In this document: piece by piece, positions 11,963-23,775 of the stretch
Position numbering within the stretch: position 1 is the stretch's first letter
Layout of the letters: every line of letters starts with the position of its first letter
Source: Diadema antillarum
Lineage: Eukaryota
Reading direction: 5' to 3'
Assembly: GCF_040938485.1 (NCBI RefSeq)
Contig: NW_027271741.1
Span: 558,001-622,000 of the forward strand
Length of the DNA stretch: 64,000 bases
Program-made: the position numbers and the translations under genes
Notes under the pieces: generated by a model
What the model was told of the DNA's origin: nothing
The model's input: the letters and a program-made list of their open reading frames with translations, nothing else
The model's database searches: none

Positions 11963-12630
11963 CTATACAGGCCAAAAGTTTGGACACACCTTCTCATTAA
12001 AAACGTTTTCTTTATTTTCATGAGCACCCTTTCTTGTAATTACTGCTTTGAACACTTTTGGCATTCTCTCAATGACCTTCAAGAGGTAGTCTCCTGAAAT
12101 GTTTTTCATGTCACAGGTGTGCGTTACTAGGGTGAATTACACTGTATACAGTGGATTTTTTTTTTTGGTTGTTCTATCAGCAGGATTGGAATTATCAGTT
12201 GTGTTGTGCAGAAATAAGTTTAGTACACAGCTGACAGCCCTATTTGACAACTGTTAAAATTCATATTATGGCAAGAACTATAATGAGCTTTTAGAAAAAT
12301 GAGTGGTCATCATTACTTTAACAAATGAAGGCCAGTCAGTTCAGAAAACTGCAAAAACTTTAAATACAATGTATGTCCCCAAGTGGAGTCCAAAAACCAC
12401 CAAGTGCTACAACGAAATTGGCACACATGAGGAAAGACTCAGGAAAGGAAGACCACGAGTCACTTCTGCTTCTGAGGATAGTTCATCCGAGTCACCAGCC
12501 TCAGAAATCGCAAGTTAACAACGGCTCAGATCAGAGACCAGGTGAATGCCACACAGAGTTCTAGCAGCAGCCCCATCTCCAGAACAACAATTAAGAGGAG
12601 ACTGTGAATCAGGCCTTCATATGGTAAAAT
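11963..12630 (+). mobile_element. Tc1/mariner transposon 5' fragment (one TIR plus frameshifted paired-like DNA-binding region), inside an intron of the SET-YR gene
   Basis: TACAGGCCAAAAGTTTGGACACACC Tc1-type terminus at 11966. From ATG 12268 a broken frame reads VIITLTNEGQSVQKTAKTL..SPSGVQKTTKCYNEIGTHEERLRKGRPRVTSASED..IRVTSLRNRKLTTAQIRDQVNATQSSSSSPISRTTIKRRL, including the GRPR AT-hook motif. No DDE domain and no right TIR seen. Confidence 0.85.
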
Positions 12631-12725
12631 ACATTTTTGTACCTGCTAGGAAACCACATGTAGGGGTGTTGCCATAATAATAGGGACACTGACCAGTGAC
12701 CAGCGACTAGTGACCAGCTGTAATA

Positions 12726-12905
12726 GTGTGTGTGTTCATGCAAAACATGTCATATGGGGTACTGACAAGAATAAGACATAATGGCGGTCTTTATTGCATT
12801 TTCCTTATTTGGACTCCACAAGAAAAACAAAATAAAGGCCATCATTATGTCTTAAACTTTGCTCTGTACCCTATATGACATGGTTTACAAGAGCACACAC
12901 ACACT
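12726..12905. mobile_element. MITE / foldback with ~60-bp imperfect inverted arms
   Basis: GTGTGTGTGTTC...ATGTCATATGGGGTAC...TAAGACATAATGGCG versus CCATCATTATGTCTTA...GTACCCTATATGACAT...GAGCACACACACAC. Confidence 0.55.
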
Positions 12906-13124
12906 GCCATCATGAATAAACTCGAATTATCACTTTAAACAATGTGATGAATTCCCCAACCTAACACTAAGGGAATTAAAGCTCAACTAGCAATTATTTT
13001 AAAAAAAAAAAGATACCATGGCAATGTCAAATTTTTATTTTTGGTTCCGTTGAAATAACATTCAATTTGGCTCTGCGTCACTGTGTGAGCAAAAAGCTGC
13101 AATATAGCAAGACTATTTTCTTAC

Positions 13125-13295
13125 CAGATTTGATCACTGCCTTTACTCTTCTAACTGCATTTTCTTTGTCAAACTGGCCAACATCAGAATGCTGTAGCTG
13201 GCTAGCATCTGTTGATACTTCAGCATCCATGACTATGTCCTCTTCATCAGCATCATGATCTACATCTGGATCAAGGGCATCGTCTAGTGGTACTT
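13125..13295 (-). CDS. SET-tyrosine recombinase gene, acidic linker exon
   Basis: Acceptor TTTGCATTTCCAG ends at 13296 and donor GTAAGA starts at 13124. Both are phase 1 and match the flanking exons. Encodes (E)VPLDDALDPDVDHDADEEDIVMDAEVSTDASQLQHSDVGQFDKENAVRRVKAVIKS. Confidence 0.7.
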
Positions 13296-15069
13296 CTGGA
13301 AATGCAAATTCAAATTGGAGAATAAGATGCAAGAAATCATTATAAAAGAGGCATTTCACAAACCACAAAGGTTCCCAGCCTTATGGTAGTAAAAGGGGAC
13401 ATCATTGCAATCAAAAGATACCAGAATTGTATCTAAGTAAGCTCAAAATAATTATGTGGTAAACGACACTCAGTTTTGGGGGGAATTTCAAGGATTAGCT
13501 CATCAAACTTTTGATTATGAAGGTGAAAATCAGTAAACATATTTACACCAAAACCACAAGATACTAAAATCTTTTAAATTTTGGCCAAGAACACCACCTC
13601 ACATCATTGTCGTATTGGGTCATGCAACATTCATAATGATAAATTATCAGGTAGTTAAGTAAAAGGGTTGACATATTTTTTTAATTCTGTCACTACTTTG
13701 CCTTATCATGAACTGCCTGTTGGCCTGATACTAGATTGTTCTTCAGTGGTTTAGTAGTATAAAATTATCAAAAAATATATCTCTAGATTTATATGTTCTT
13801 ATTAAGTTATAAGCATCAGCTTCTGGAATTAACTATATTGGTTCTAATCTAAAATCATTTACACACTTAGACCTCTCCTTTTCCTTCTCTATTCTTCCCT
13901 GCTCCTCTTTCCTTGTTCTTCATTGTCCAGTATCTGTCTGAGGGCATTTCCTCAAATTCTGTTATTTCTGTGTATTGAGTTATTGTTGTTGTTGTCGTCG
14001 TTATGTTTTTTGTGGCCGATTGCATATCTTCCTTTCCGTTCAATTTTCCTGGCACACCTGGCCCCATAGTGTCTGTGCCACAAATGTGATATGTTACATA
14101 GTTTATACGTTTGCATCCTAAAATCCTAGTAAGTATTGTTTATAGTATCAGCATCATTATATTAATGAGTAAAATGTACAATAGTATATAGAAGAATTTA
14201 AAATGAATATATTGGTATAACAAATTGGTGCTGTTGTTGTTTTGTTCCAGTGTTCCACGTCTTACAAGCGTGGCTTTTTTTAGTGGAACACTGTTTTCCA
14301 TCATTGTGATTATTTACTATTTTTGTTGCCATGACAAAGTGCATTGTTTCTTTTTTACGACATCATTCGTGTATAATATACTTTATATTGTATTGAAAAA
14401 ATCCTTTATCAGACGAGTGCAAGAGAAATGAAAAAAAATTGTATCACTTTGGATTATGTCAACTTTTTCTTTTCTTTTCTATGTGATGATGGAAATGAAT
14501 AAACTATTGAATTGAATTGAATTGAATTGAATTGAATAGACCTTGATTAAGAATATCGAACAATTTTCAAAACTGCCTCATTCAAAATTTAAAGCATACC
14601 ATATTAAATAGTAGGCTTTTTAATCTTGGGAACTGACACTGTTTTATGTACCTACCAAGGTGTGAATGATCTCTCTATTGATTATTGAACTGCGATCAGG
14701 GAGACATTAAAGGCCTACATCCATTTTTTTTTTTTTGCGGGGGATACAAGTAATTTTTTCTTTGTTTTCAAAAATGATCCTGTTCAGATTACAATTATAC
14801 ATAAAAATAGTTATTGGGCTCAGTGGTGCTCTGATAACAATATCAGAACAAGCAGTACTGCCCACAATCTGTCTAACTTGAAGTACATGTACGTAGTGAA
14901 TGTGTATGAGATAATGGGCCCAAGCCCTGTATACCACATGTTCTATGCACATTAAGTTCCACGCATTAAAGAACATCAATTATAACCGCATTATCTCTCA
15001 CCCAATAATAACATTTCAGTCAAGCTTCCCAGAGTATATTAAGTGAATATTATTTAGTTGATAACATAC

Positions 15070-18000
15070 CTTCTCCTTCATCAAGCTGAACCTCATCAAG
15101 AGTTGATCCATGAAGTTTACCAAGGGAGCCTTTGTCCATGCACATGAGAATCTTGGAAACCTTAGCTACTTGCATGACATGATCGGGAAGACGGTAAAAG
15201 TTCCGGTGAATGCGCACATCGTGTCCCATAAAATTGGCCAGCACATCAAGCTCATTGTCTCTTAAGTTCATCACTTGTGAGACCGTGGCAATATGCTTGC
15301 GCAACCTTGTAGATGTTATGTATGAAGGCTTGCTTGCACCACAAGATATGCTGAATTTCCTAACCACATCACTCCCTCTGATGTGGCCATTAGAACTTGT
15401 CAGGGCAAACACATAAGGATTGGTCTCATACACACCAGCATCTCCTCTCTTAGCAACCAACAAGTCCATACTCCTTTTCATCTCATTTGTAAGAAGAACA
15501 GGAACTGCACGTTGTTTCTTCCCCACAATTTCCAGACGCCACAGGTTTTTACCGAGTTTTGCTTCCCATTTGGACAGGCCATAGTCGTCAGTCACCTCAT
15601 CACCTTGCTTACACTTGCTGAAGTCATCTAGTTTCATTTTGCTGACTTCTCCAGATCGTTTCCTGTTAAACACTATTATGGATGTCAATGTCAGCTCAGC
15701 TAGGTATCTGTACTCCTTAGATATGTCCTCATCTGTTGTCTCTTCATTGAGTTTTGTGATGACTTCTTCAGTCTCAGTTTTCAGATATGATGTAAGTTTA
15801 ACTACATCCTTTGTGACAGGTAGGTAAGTAGGATTGTTCCTCTTATTCTCATTCAGGGTGCGTAATGCGTGACTCGATACACTCTCTGTCCACTTCAGCT
15901 CGCAGAGTCTGATGAATTGGTTGCATCTTCTTTCCATGGCTTCATTCTCTTCCATGATTGCCTGACCCAAAAGAACACCAGCTGCCTTCTTCAGGGTATG
16001 ACCAAGCTTTAGGGCTAAGCTTGGCGTTGTGTAAGTATGACTCTTCTCATCAAACCCTGAAATGTTCCTGGTTGCTTGTACAATGTCCGTGAACTTGCTG
16101 GGATGGATCAAATCTGCTAATCCTGCATTCTTGTCAGCAGTTACCTTTCTATACTCCAGTACTAATCTTCCAGTTTCCCTCAGTTTGGTTCTGATGTAAT
16201 CAAATTGGTCTTCATCATGGCCAAGTTTAAATGCTAGTTTCTCTGCCAGCAGTCTAGTCAGTTGATCTCCTTTAATAAAAGAGGAGACACCATTCTCATC
16301 TTCTCGTAGGCCTGCATAAATTTCTCTGACTTTTGTGGACATACCAGGAGCTGGTTGCAAAAGTCTTCCCTTTTTGATGCAACTTGTTTTTCGCTTCTTT
16401 TGAGATGTTTCATGCTTCTCATTTTCATCAGGAACCAACTTACAACTGTGTTTCCATAACTCTCTTTTACTGAAGTATCCTTTGCATTGATGGCAAGGCA
16501 CATACTTCTTATAGTCAGCATCATAATTCGGTCGATACACAGTTATGATCTCGCCTTCTCCTTCTTGAAGTACTGCATGATTGTGTAAGTAATTGCCCAG
16601 ATTTCTCATCTTGGTTAATAGTTGATCCTTCAAAACCTTGTCAGTTGTAGCTTTCCATCGAACTACATCCAGCTCATCTTTATGTCCCTTAAATTCAGCA
16701 AGATGACGGGGCAATTTTTTGACGTACTTCCTGCAGAAGGGACAATATGAGCCTTTGTCCCACAATCTTTTGCCTTTTGTGTTGTGTGTCCGCATAACCG
16801 TTATTTTTTTCGTCCCTTCATCAGTTTTACTGGCCTGTTGCTCACATTCAGACTTGCTGGGATTTGGTGATCCTTGTGCCAACTTGCCCAATGGCTGATG
16901 ACACATGTGACATTCAGCTGATGTCCCTGCTTGTTCAAGTTGCTCACTCTCTTCCTCTGATGCATTATTGCTGTGATTTGGTGAAGTTTGATCCACATAC
17001 TTTCTCCAGGATTTGTGTGGGATAAACTCTTCATCTTCACTATCTGTGCTTACATCCTCAGACTCGGGAACATAGTCATCATCTGTCAGTTGGTCACTTT
17101 CTCCCATTGAAACCACAGAAGGACTGCTCAAACCCTGACTGCCATCTGCATCTGTTCCCTTTTCACCAACGAGATAACATTCCACTGATGTCCCAGTTTG
17201 TTCAAGATCATGTTTCCCCTTTGATACCTCAGAATGATGGCTCAAACCCTGACTGCCATCTGCGTCTGTTCCATTTTCATGCACTAGATCACATTCCGCT
17301 GATGTCCCAGTTTGTTCAAGATCCTTATTTTCCCCCTTTGATACCTCAGACGGACTGCAGAAACCCTGACTGCCACCTGTGTCTGTTCCATTTTCATGCA
17401 CTAGATCACATTCCGCTGATGTCCCAGTTTGTTCAAGATCCTCATTTTCCCCCTTTGATACCTCAGACGGACTGCAGAAACCCTGACTGCCACCTGTGTC
17501 TGTTCCATTTTCATGCACTAGATCACATTCAGCTGATGTCCCAGTTTTTTCAAGATCCCTTTTCTCCCCCTTTGATACCTCAGAAGGACTGCAGAAACCC
17601 TGACTGCCATCTGTGTCTGTTCCATTTTCACCCGCGAGATCACATTCCGCTGATGTCCCAATTCGTTCAAGATCCTCATGTTCCTTCTTTGATACCTCAA
17701 AAGGATCATTGCTCAAACCCTGACTGCCATCTGTGTCTGTTCCATTTTCATGCATGAGATCACATTCCGCTGATGTCCAATTTTGTTCAAGATCTTCATT
17801 TTCCCCATTTGATACTTCAGGAAGATTGCTCAAACCCTGACTGCCATCTGCGTCTGTTACATCTTCATGCACGTGATCACATTCAGCTGATGTCCCAGTT
17901 TGTTCAAGTTCCTCATGTTCCTCCTTTGATACCTCAGAAGGACTGTTCAAACCGTGCATCCGCGTCTGATGCACATGACATATTCAGCTGATGTCCCAGT

Positions 18001-18718
18001 TTGTTCAAGATTCTCATTTCCCCCCTTTGATACCTCAGGAGGATTGCTCAAACCCTGATTGCCATCTGTGTCTTTTCCGTTTTCATGCATGAGATCACAT
18101 TCCGCTGATGTCCTAGTTTGTTCAAGATCTTCATTTTCCCCGTTTGATACCTCAGGAAGATTGCTCAAACCCTGACTGCCATCTGCGTCTGTTACATCTT
18201 CATGCACGTGATCACATTCAGCTGATGTCCCATCAGTTTGTTCAAGTTCCTCATGTTCCTCCTCTGATACCTCAGGAGGACTGCTCAAACCCTGATCTGG
18301 ACTACTGCCATCTGTGTCTGTTCCATTTTCATGCACGAGATCACATTCAGCTGATATTCTGGTTTTCTGAAGTTGCTCACTCTCTCCTAGGCCCTCTGAT
18401 GCCTCATTGCTGTGATGATTTGGTGATGTTTGTGCCACTTCACTCAAAAGCGGCACATCATGTTCTGCTGATTCCTTGGTTTGTTCAAGCTGCTCACTCT
18501 CATTGTTCCGACTTCGACACTTTCTTCGCCACCACAGATTTGGTGCCTTGTAGTCATACCTAATTTCATCACCAACTTTTATGTCTTTAATTGCAAACAA
18601 GCAAAGAAAAACTTTTCCGCTTTCTTCCACCTTCCTCATCCTGGAATTGCATTCACTTGTCCCTTCCTTTGCATCATTTACAAAACGACCGTTGGACTTG
18701 GTCTCAGTTGCATCAATG
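15070..18718 (-). CDS. SET-tyrosine recombinase gene, giant exon: SET C-terminal half, 39-aa acidic repeats, Zn-finger-like motifs and tyrosine recombinase domain (one frameshift near 17950-17985)
   Basis: Acceptor TTTATTACAG ends at 18719 (phase 2, TG|C). SET motifs CIDAT..GRFVND..FLCLFAIKDIKVGDEIRYDY. CPFC-x9-H-x5-H and CHQC-x11-H-x-C motifs at 16440-16750. Recombinase residues FNRKRSGEV (Arg ~15657), IVGKKQR, TSTRLRKH, FMGH and NFYR. Donor GTATGT at 15069 (phase 1). Joins ORF-track ORFs 17947-18738 and 15050-17974. Confidence 0.85.
17110..18370 (-). repeat. Coding minisatellite, about 11 copies of a 117-bp (39-aa) unit
   Basis: Consensus EQTGTSAECDLVHENGTDTDGSQGLSNPSEVSKGENEDL. Unit spacing is 117 bp (e.g. 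17767 to 17884). One degenerate unit is 101 bp (17884 to 17985). Confidence 0.9.
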
Positions 18719-19664
18719 CTGTAATAAATGATGAACAATATAATGTCCTCGCTTAGTTTGGGAACTGGACAGAATTTTAAGATTTAATTCAGGGCTGGAT
18801 TTCATTTAATTTAAGTGATTTATAGTTAACCCATATTGTGAGAAAAGCTTGGTTTCATTCTCAAAACAACAAAAGTAAAATTTTGATTTTGGCTTCATTG
18901 ATTACTAGTTGGCTTCATCTCTGACAGGGACCACAAATATTCCCTTGAAACAAAGTTTAGGGGACTTTCAGAAACAAAATTCCAAATTTAAGAGAAAACA
19001 AAAACTGGACATGATGTAGAATACACTGCAGAGCTATGACTTGAAATAAAAACACCTTGTGTTATCAAGCATTTCATATTAATAGAGTTTGTGTTACCAG
19101 GCCCCCAGAACATAAAGGTTTGCAATCAATCATAAAGACACAGGTATTGGTCAATCAAGACCATTGTTTCATGCGCATACATGTATATTCCAACATATCC
19201 ACTATTAACCAATCAGAATTACTCTTTGAATTTACCGACTGATCACAAATCTTTGTTTTACGGGCCCCTGGTTGTCACCGTATTATGTACCAAAAACATA
19301 GCAACTACATTTATGTGTAGCCCAATTGCCAGCTGTGGAAATTGTGGAACATACAATATTAATGTACACTATAGGATAACGCCATGCTAAACCATGTAGG
19401 ATAGTTTCATGTGTAGTGCTTATTCTGCTGATAAGGTTTTGTGAGATTCAGTCAGGTTAGGCCTACCGAGTCCACATTCAACTGCATCAAAGTTTATACC
19501 CTGGACTTTTCAACATGGGAACACATATTTCTAAGTCTTGAGCAAATCATATCTGTCAATATTAGCCCATTTAAAGAGTATTGATCCAATCAATTTTATC
19601 AGGGCATGATAAGAAAGTATCCCATTCATGACAACCTGCTGTTAAATAAGTATTCACTGCTTAC

Positions 19665-19824
19665 CACATTGTTTTTCCTCTATAGGAATAGAAGAACTGG
19701 TAATGGTGCTCCGTCTTGTACCTCTCTTCCCTTGTTGCTGCTTCCTCCTCTGATATCACGTCACCTTTATATTGCAGTAAAAACTCCCCTTTGGTAAAGG
19801 ACCTTGTGGCAAAGATCCCACGCC
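19665..19824 (-). CDS. SET-tyrosine recombinase gene, SET N-terminal exon
   Basis: Acceptor TCTGTCATGAAG ends at 19825 (phase 1, G|GG) and donor GTAAGC starts at 19664 (phase 2). Encodes GRGIFATRSFTKGEFLLQYKGDVISEEEAATREERYKTEHHYQFFYSYRGKTM, matching the GRG..A...F..G.F...Y.G pattern of PR-Set7/SET8-type SET domains. Confidence 0.85.
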
Positions 19825-20569
19825 CTTCATGACAGATAAAGTAACAATAATTCAGTACACAAGACAAGCTGTACGTATCAACTGATAAAACAAAATATTT
19901 GGTGGTAAAATGCACATTAGAATTCTGCTGATGACTGGCTCATGCCAATTTTAGTTTGGAACGGGTGTATGATCCAAGTTTTAAACCAGCATATTATCAA
20001 GCTATTCCATTTGAAATCCACAAGCCATCCCACCCCATGGAGGAATTATTTGTTACATCAATTTCAGTTGAAACAATATTAGCTCATACTGGGTTAAATA
20101 TCAGTTGATGTTGTGTTATATTTTGGTATAGGGTGTATTTCAAATGGAAGAGTATGAGCACTAGATGCACAAGTTGACTTTTTTAATTTCTTCATTCTTT
20201 TTAATTCACTATTTTGATAAGGTGCGATGTAGTAGTTAGATCCAAGCATTATCGTCCATTATCATCCACAGGCTGTGATGATACAGACTTTGATCCTCTT
20301 TAATACAGCCTGTGTGCAACTTGGACAAAATGTTTTAAAAAATTGTTTTTTGACAATTTTTGGTCACAGATTCAAGAGATAAATGATTCCTAGGTTGGAT
20401 TCTAAAAGAACCTTTTAGATATCTGATTTTGAGAAAATTTCAGCATTTGCATCCAGAGACCAAAATTTTTTTTTTCCTTTCTACAAAAATATTTTGTTGT
20501 TACAATTTTTTGGTAGAAATTGGCATTTTTAGTAAAATCTACTGCCATAAATAGACTCATTTCCTTAAA

Positions 20570-20603
<34 letters not shown>

Positions 20604-20777
20604 CATATATACATAATCAGATGTACATTAGATCAATATGGTAGTTCACAAGTTATAGAGCCCAGCATTGTTTATCACTTGAGCATTAAAATTGAATATG
20701 TCTACAAACAAGTCTTGCTGTTCTGGTTAATTAACACTGGCTATTAGCCAAATACTTGCTAATGTTTTCTGACTCAC

Positions 20778-20895
20778 CTATCAGTTTGTTTACTTGTTTG
20801 ACTTCAAATCCTTGTGGGTCGTCTTTATCCAGATATTTCTTATATTCATCTTGTTTACGATTTGTCTTCACTGCACATGATCTGGTGACCATTCT
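20778..20895 (-). CDS. SET-tyrosine recombinase gene, pre-SET exon (in-frame ATG at 20892)
   Basis: Acceptor TTGCTTTTCTTGCAG ends at 20896 and donor GTGAG starts at 20777 (phase 1). Encodes RMVTRSCAVKTNRKQDEYKKYLDKDDPQGFEVKQVNKLI(G), which runs in frame into GRG. Confidence 0.75.
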
Positions 20896-22684
20896 CTGCA
20901 AGAAAAGCAACATTTGTAATTCATACTATGTTCCTATCCTGTTGCCCTCTTGCAGTACCGTATCTATGTATTTTATAAACCAAGTGTTTCTTTGCTAAAA
21001 ACTAGATTCCAGGAGAGAAACGGTTATCTTTTTTCCTTCTTCCTTGGACATCACTTACATGTACAGTGTATTACCAGTTGGAATCTGGCATGTGTACAAC
21101 AGGTTTGAGTAATTTGGACAAACTAGGCAAATAAACACACTTCTCTATTATAATTTGCTTGCATGGTATCCATATGCATTCAAACCTTATGTACACAAGC
21201 AATAGAGGACAGTCCTCAGTTTCATGTAAAAAATCACACTTTGATACATCCACTCTACCTAGATTATGTACAATACACTTCCTTGGTATCCATACACTCA
21301 AACATAATGTACACGAGTAATAGAGGACAGTCCTCAGTTACATGTACAAAATCACACTTTACATCTAATCTACCTAGATTATGTACAATACACTTCCGTG
21401 GTATCCACATACACTCAAACATCGTACATGAGCAATAGAGGACAGTCCTCAGTTACATGTACAAAATCACACTTTACATCTAATCTACCTACATTGTAGA
21501 TTATGTACAATACACTTCCTTGGTATCCATTATTGTACACTCAAACCTAATGTTCTGGTCCATGCCAAAAATAGATCTACAGAACCAAGAGCTTCTATTA
21601 TAAAAAAGTAGAAGCCAAGAGAGAGACATCAGTTATCTTTTTGTTTTCCCCTTGATGAACACTTATATTTATTACCAGTTGGAATCTGGCATGTGTACAA
21701 CAGGTTTGAGTAATTTGGACAAACTAGGCAAATAAACACACTTCCCTTTTATAATTTGCTTGCATGGTATCCATCAGTATGCATTTAAACCTTATGTACA
21801 CAAGCAATAGAGGACAGTCCTCAGTTTCATCCTAATGTTCTGGTCCATGCCAAAAATAGATCTATGTTTTGAACCAAGAGCTTCTATTATAAAAAAGTAG
21901 AAGCCAAGAGAGAGACATCAGTTATCTTTTTGTTTTCCCCTTGATGAACACTTATATTTATTACCAGTTGGAATCTGTTGTATGGATATACAATGTACCA
22001 TGCATGTTTTATTATTTACTAATAGTTGTAATTGAGGACTGTTCTCTATTGCATGTGTACATCGGATTTGAGCAAGTTGGATAAACCAGGCAAACAAACA
22101 CACTTTTCCATTCAATGTACTTGAATTACGATTTCCTTGCTTGGCATCCACATACACTCAAATGTAATGCACACAAGAAATAAGAGTCCACGGTCCTCAG
22201 TTACTTGTAAAAAATCACACTTCACATCTAATCTACCTACTGTATTATAATACACTTGCTTGGTATCCACACTCAAACCTAATGTTCCAGTCCATGCCAA
22301 ATACAATGTAGGAGCCAAGAGCTTTTTTAATAACAAGCAGAATCCAGGAGAGAGATGGTAATCTTTATTTTTTCCATCCCTGAACACTTACATGTTTTAC
22401 CAGTTAGAATTTATAGCATGGATATACTTGTACCATGCATGTTTCATCATTTACATGAATTGAGTAATGTTCTCTCTTGCATGTATTTGTGTACATCAGG
22501 TTTGAGTAATTTGGAAAAAAAGAGGCAAATAAACACTTCCCATTCAATGCACTTAGATTAAGATTTGCTTGCTTGGCATCCATACACTCAAACCTCAACT
22601 CAAGTACACAAGCAAATAGAGGACAGTCCTCAATTATGTGTAACAAATCACACTTCACATCTAATTTACCGAAATTATATATAA

Positions 22685-23775
22685 GCATCGACAGTGATCA
22701 GGACATTCTCATCTCTGATGGTGGCATAATTACAGTGAATACCACTCCATGGCTTGTCAGGAAATTCGAGGGATCGACAATAAAAATATAGTTGTAAGAT
22801 ATTTGCCAATGGGGCCGACATTTTCTTTTTTAGCCTTTTGGTTGTGACGCCCACTTCCGGTATCGGTGGTGATCACTATGTACTAGTGTTTATGTTGTGA
22901 GAAAGCGATATCATTGTGCAAGCGGGTCACGCTCTCTAAAGGTAACAGTAAAATATTGTCATCATACTGCGACTGGAGTCCAGTCGCAGTATGATGACAG
23001 ATACACAAAAATGTCTATCGAAGAGAGGAAGATGGACGGAAGATCGGCGAGCTCAGCTTTCCAATTCACGGCCTTACTGTTGAAGTCACGCTCGGAGCCA
23101 TATCCGCTGCGGTCACCCTACGCCGCTAGCGCAGGGATTCTTCACGATCACAGGGCTGCATCATCACATCGTACGTGGTCGTGTGGCTTTCAATGCAAGA
23201 CTGAGGAGCTCGTCTCTCCGTTTACCATTGCATGGTACGCATCTGTCAGTCAAAAACTTACGAAGTGGGGGGGGGGGGACAGTCATCCTCTGCAAATCTC
23301 TGTTCTCAGAACCGTCCATAATGATGGATGAAACGACAAAACAAACTGATAAAATTTGATTCTCCGGGTAGCAATTTGCAAGCCGTGTATACTCGTATAT
23401 ATACCGGAAGTACACAGCACAACCGGAAACTCGATCCATGATAGCTAGAACGCACGGCGACCAATCAAAAATAAGCATTTGATACAACGTACATCCCTCT
23501 AACGGCTAAATACTTATCTATCGTTGATCCCTCGAATTCCCATGGGTGAATAGGCGATGCAGCAGGGCTGTGTGTTGACTCTGCTGGCAACTTGGACAGC
23601 TCTTCACTTGCTGTTCCAGTTGGCCGTCTATTCCTGGCCACCATACATAGGATCTAGCCAGAGCTTTCATCTTTATGATGCCTGGATGGGTGCTAAGTAG
23701 CTCTTTGAGAATCCTTTCTTTCATGTCAGCATTGTTGGAGATGACCACTCCTGGTCCCCACAGGATGACTGCTTG
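22685..23775 (-). pseudogene. Gypsy/Ty3-type integrase N-terminal fragment (~330 bp) split by a DNA-transposon insertion
   Basis: ILWGPGVVI...LKELLSTHPGIIKMKALARSYVWWPGIDGQLEQQVKSCPSCQ is the integrase HHCC zinc-finger region. After removing 22767-23534 it continues as ASPIHPW|EFPDKPWSGIHCNYA...VLITVDAY. Confidence 0.85.
22767..23534. mobile_element. 768-bp non-autonomous DNA transposon with 16-bp TIRs and AATT target-site duplication (possibly Sola-like)
   Basis: TIRs CGAGGGATCGACAATA (22767) and TATCGTTGATCCCTCG (ends 23534). AATT at 22763-22766 and 23535-23538. Precise removal restores TGG GAA TTT CCT GAC (WEFPD) in the integrase. Confidence 0.85.

Noticed and set aside
13867-14067. 66-aa minus-strand ORF as an extra SET-YR exon
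   Set aside because: Low complexity (poly-Thr from an ACA repeat), no convincing splice pair, and the flanking exons already join in phase without it.
17107-18563. Plus-strand His/Cys/Pro-rich ORFs (216 aa and 139 aa)
   Set aside because: Antisense shadows of the 117-bp coding repeat; the minus frame is continuous with the SET and YR domains.
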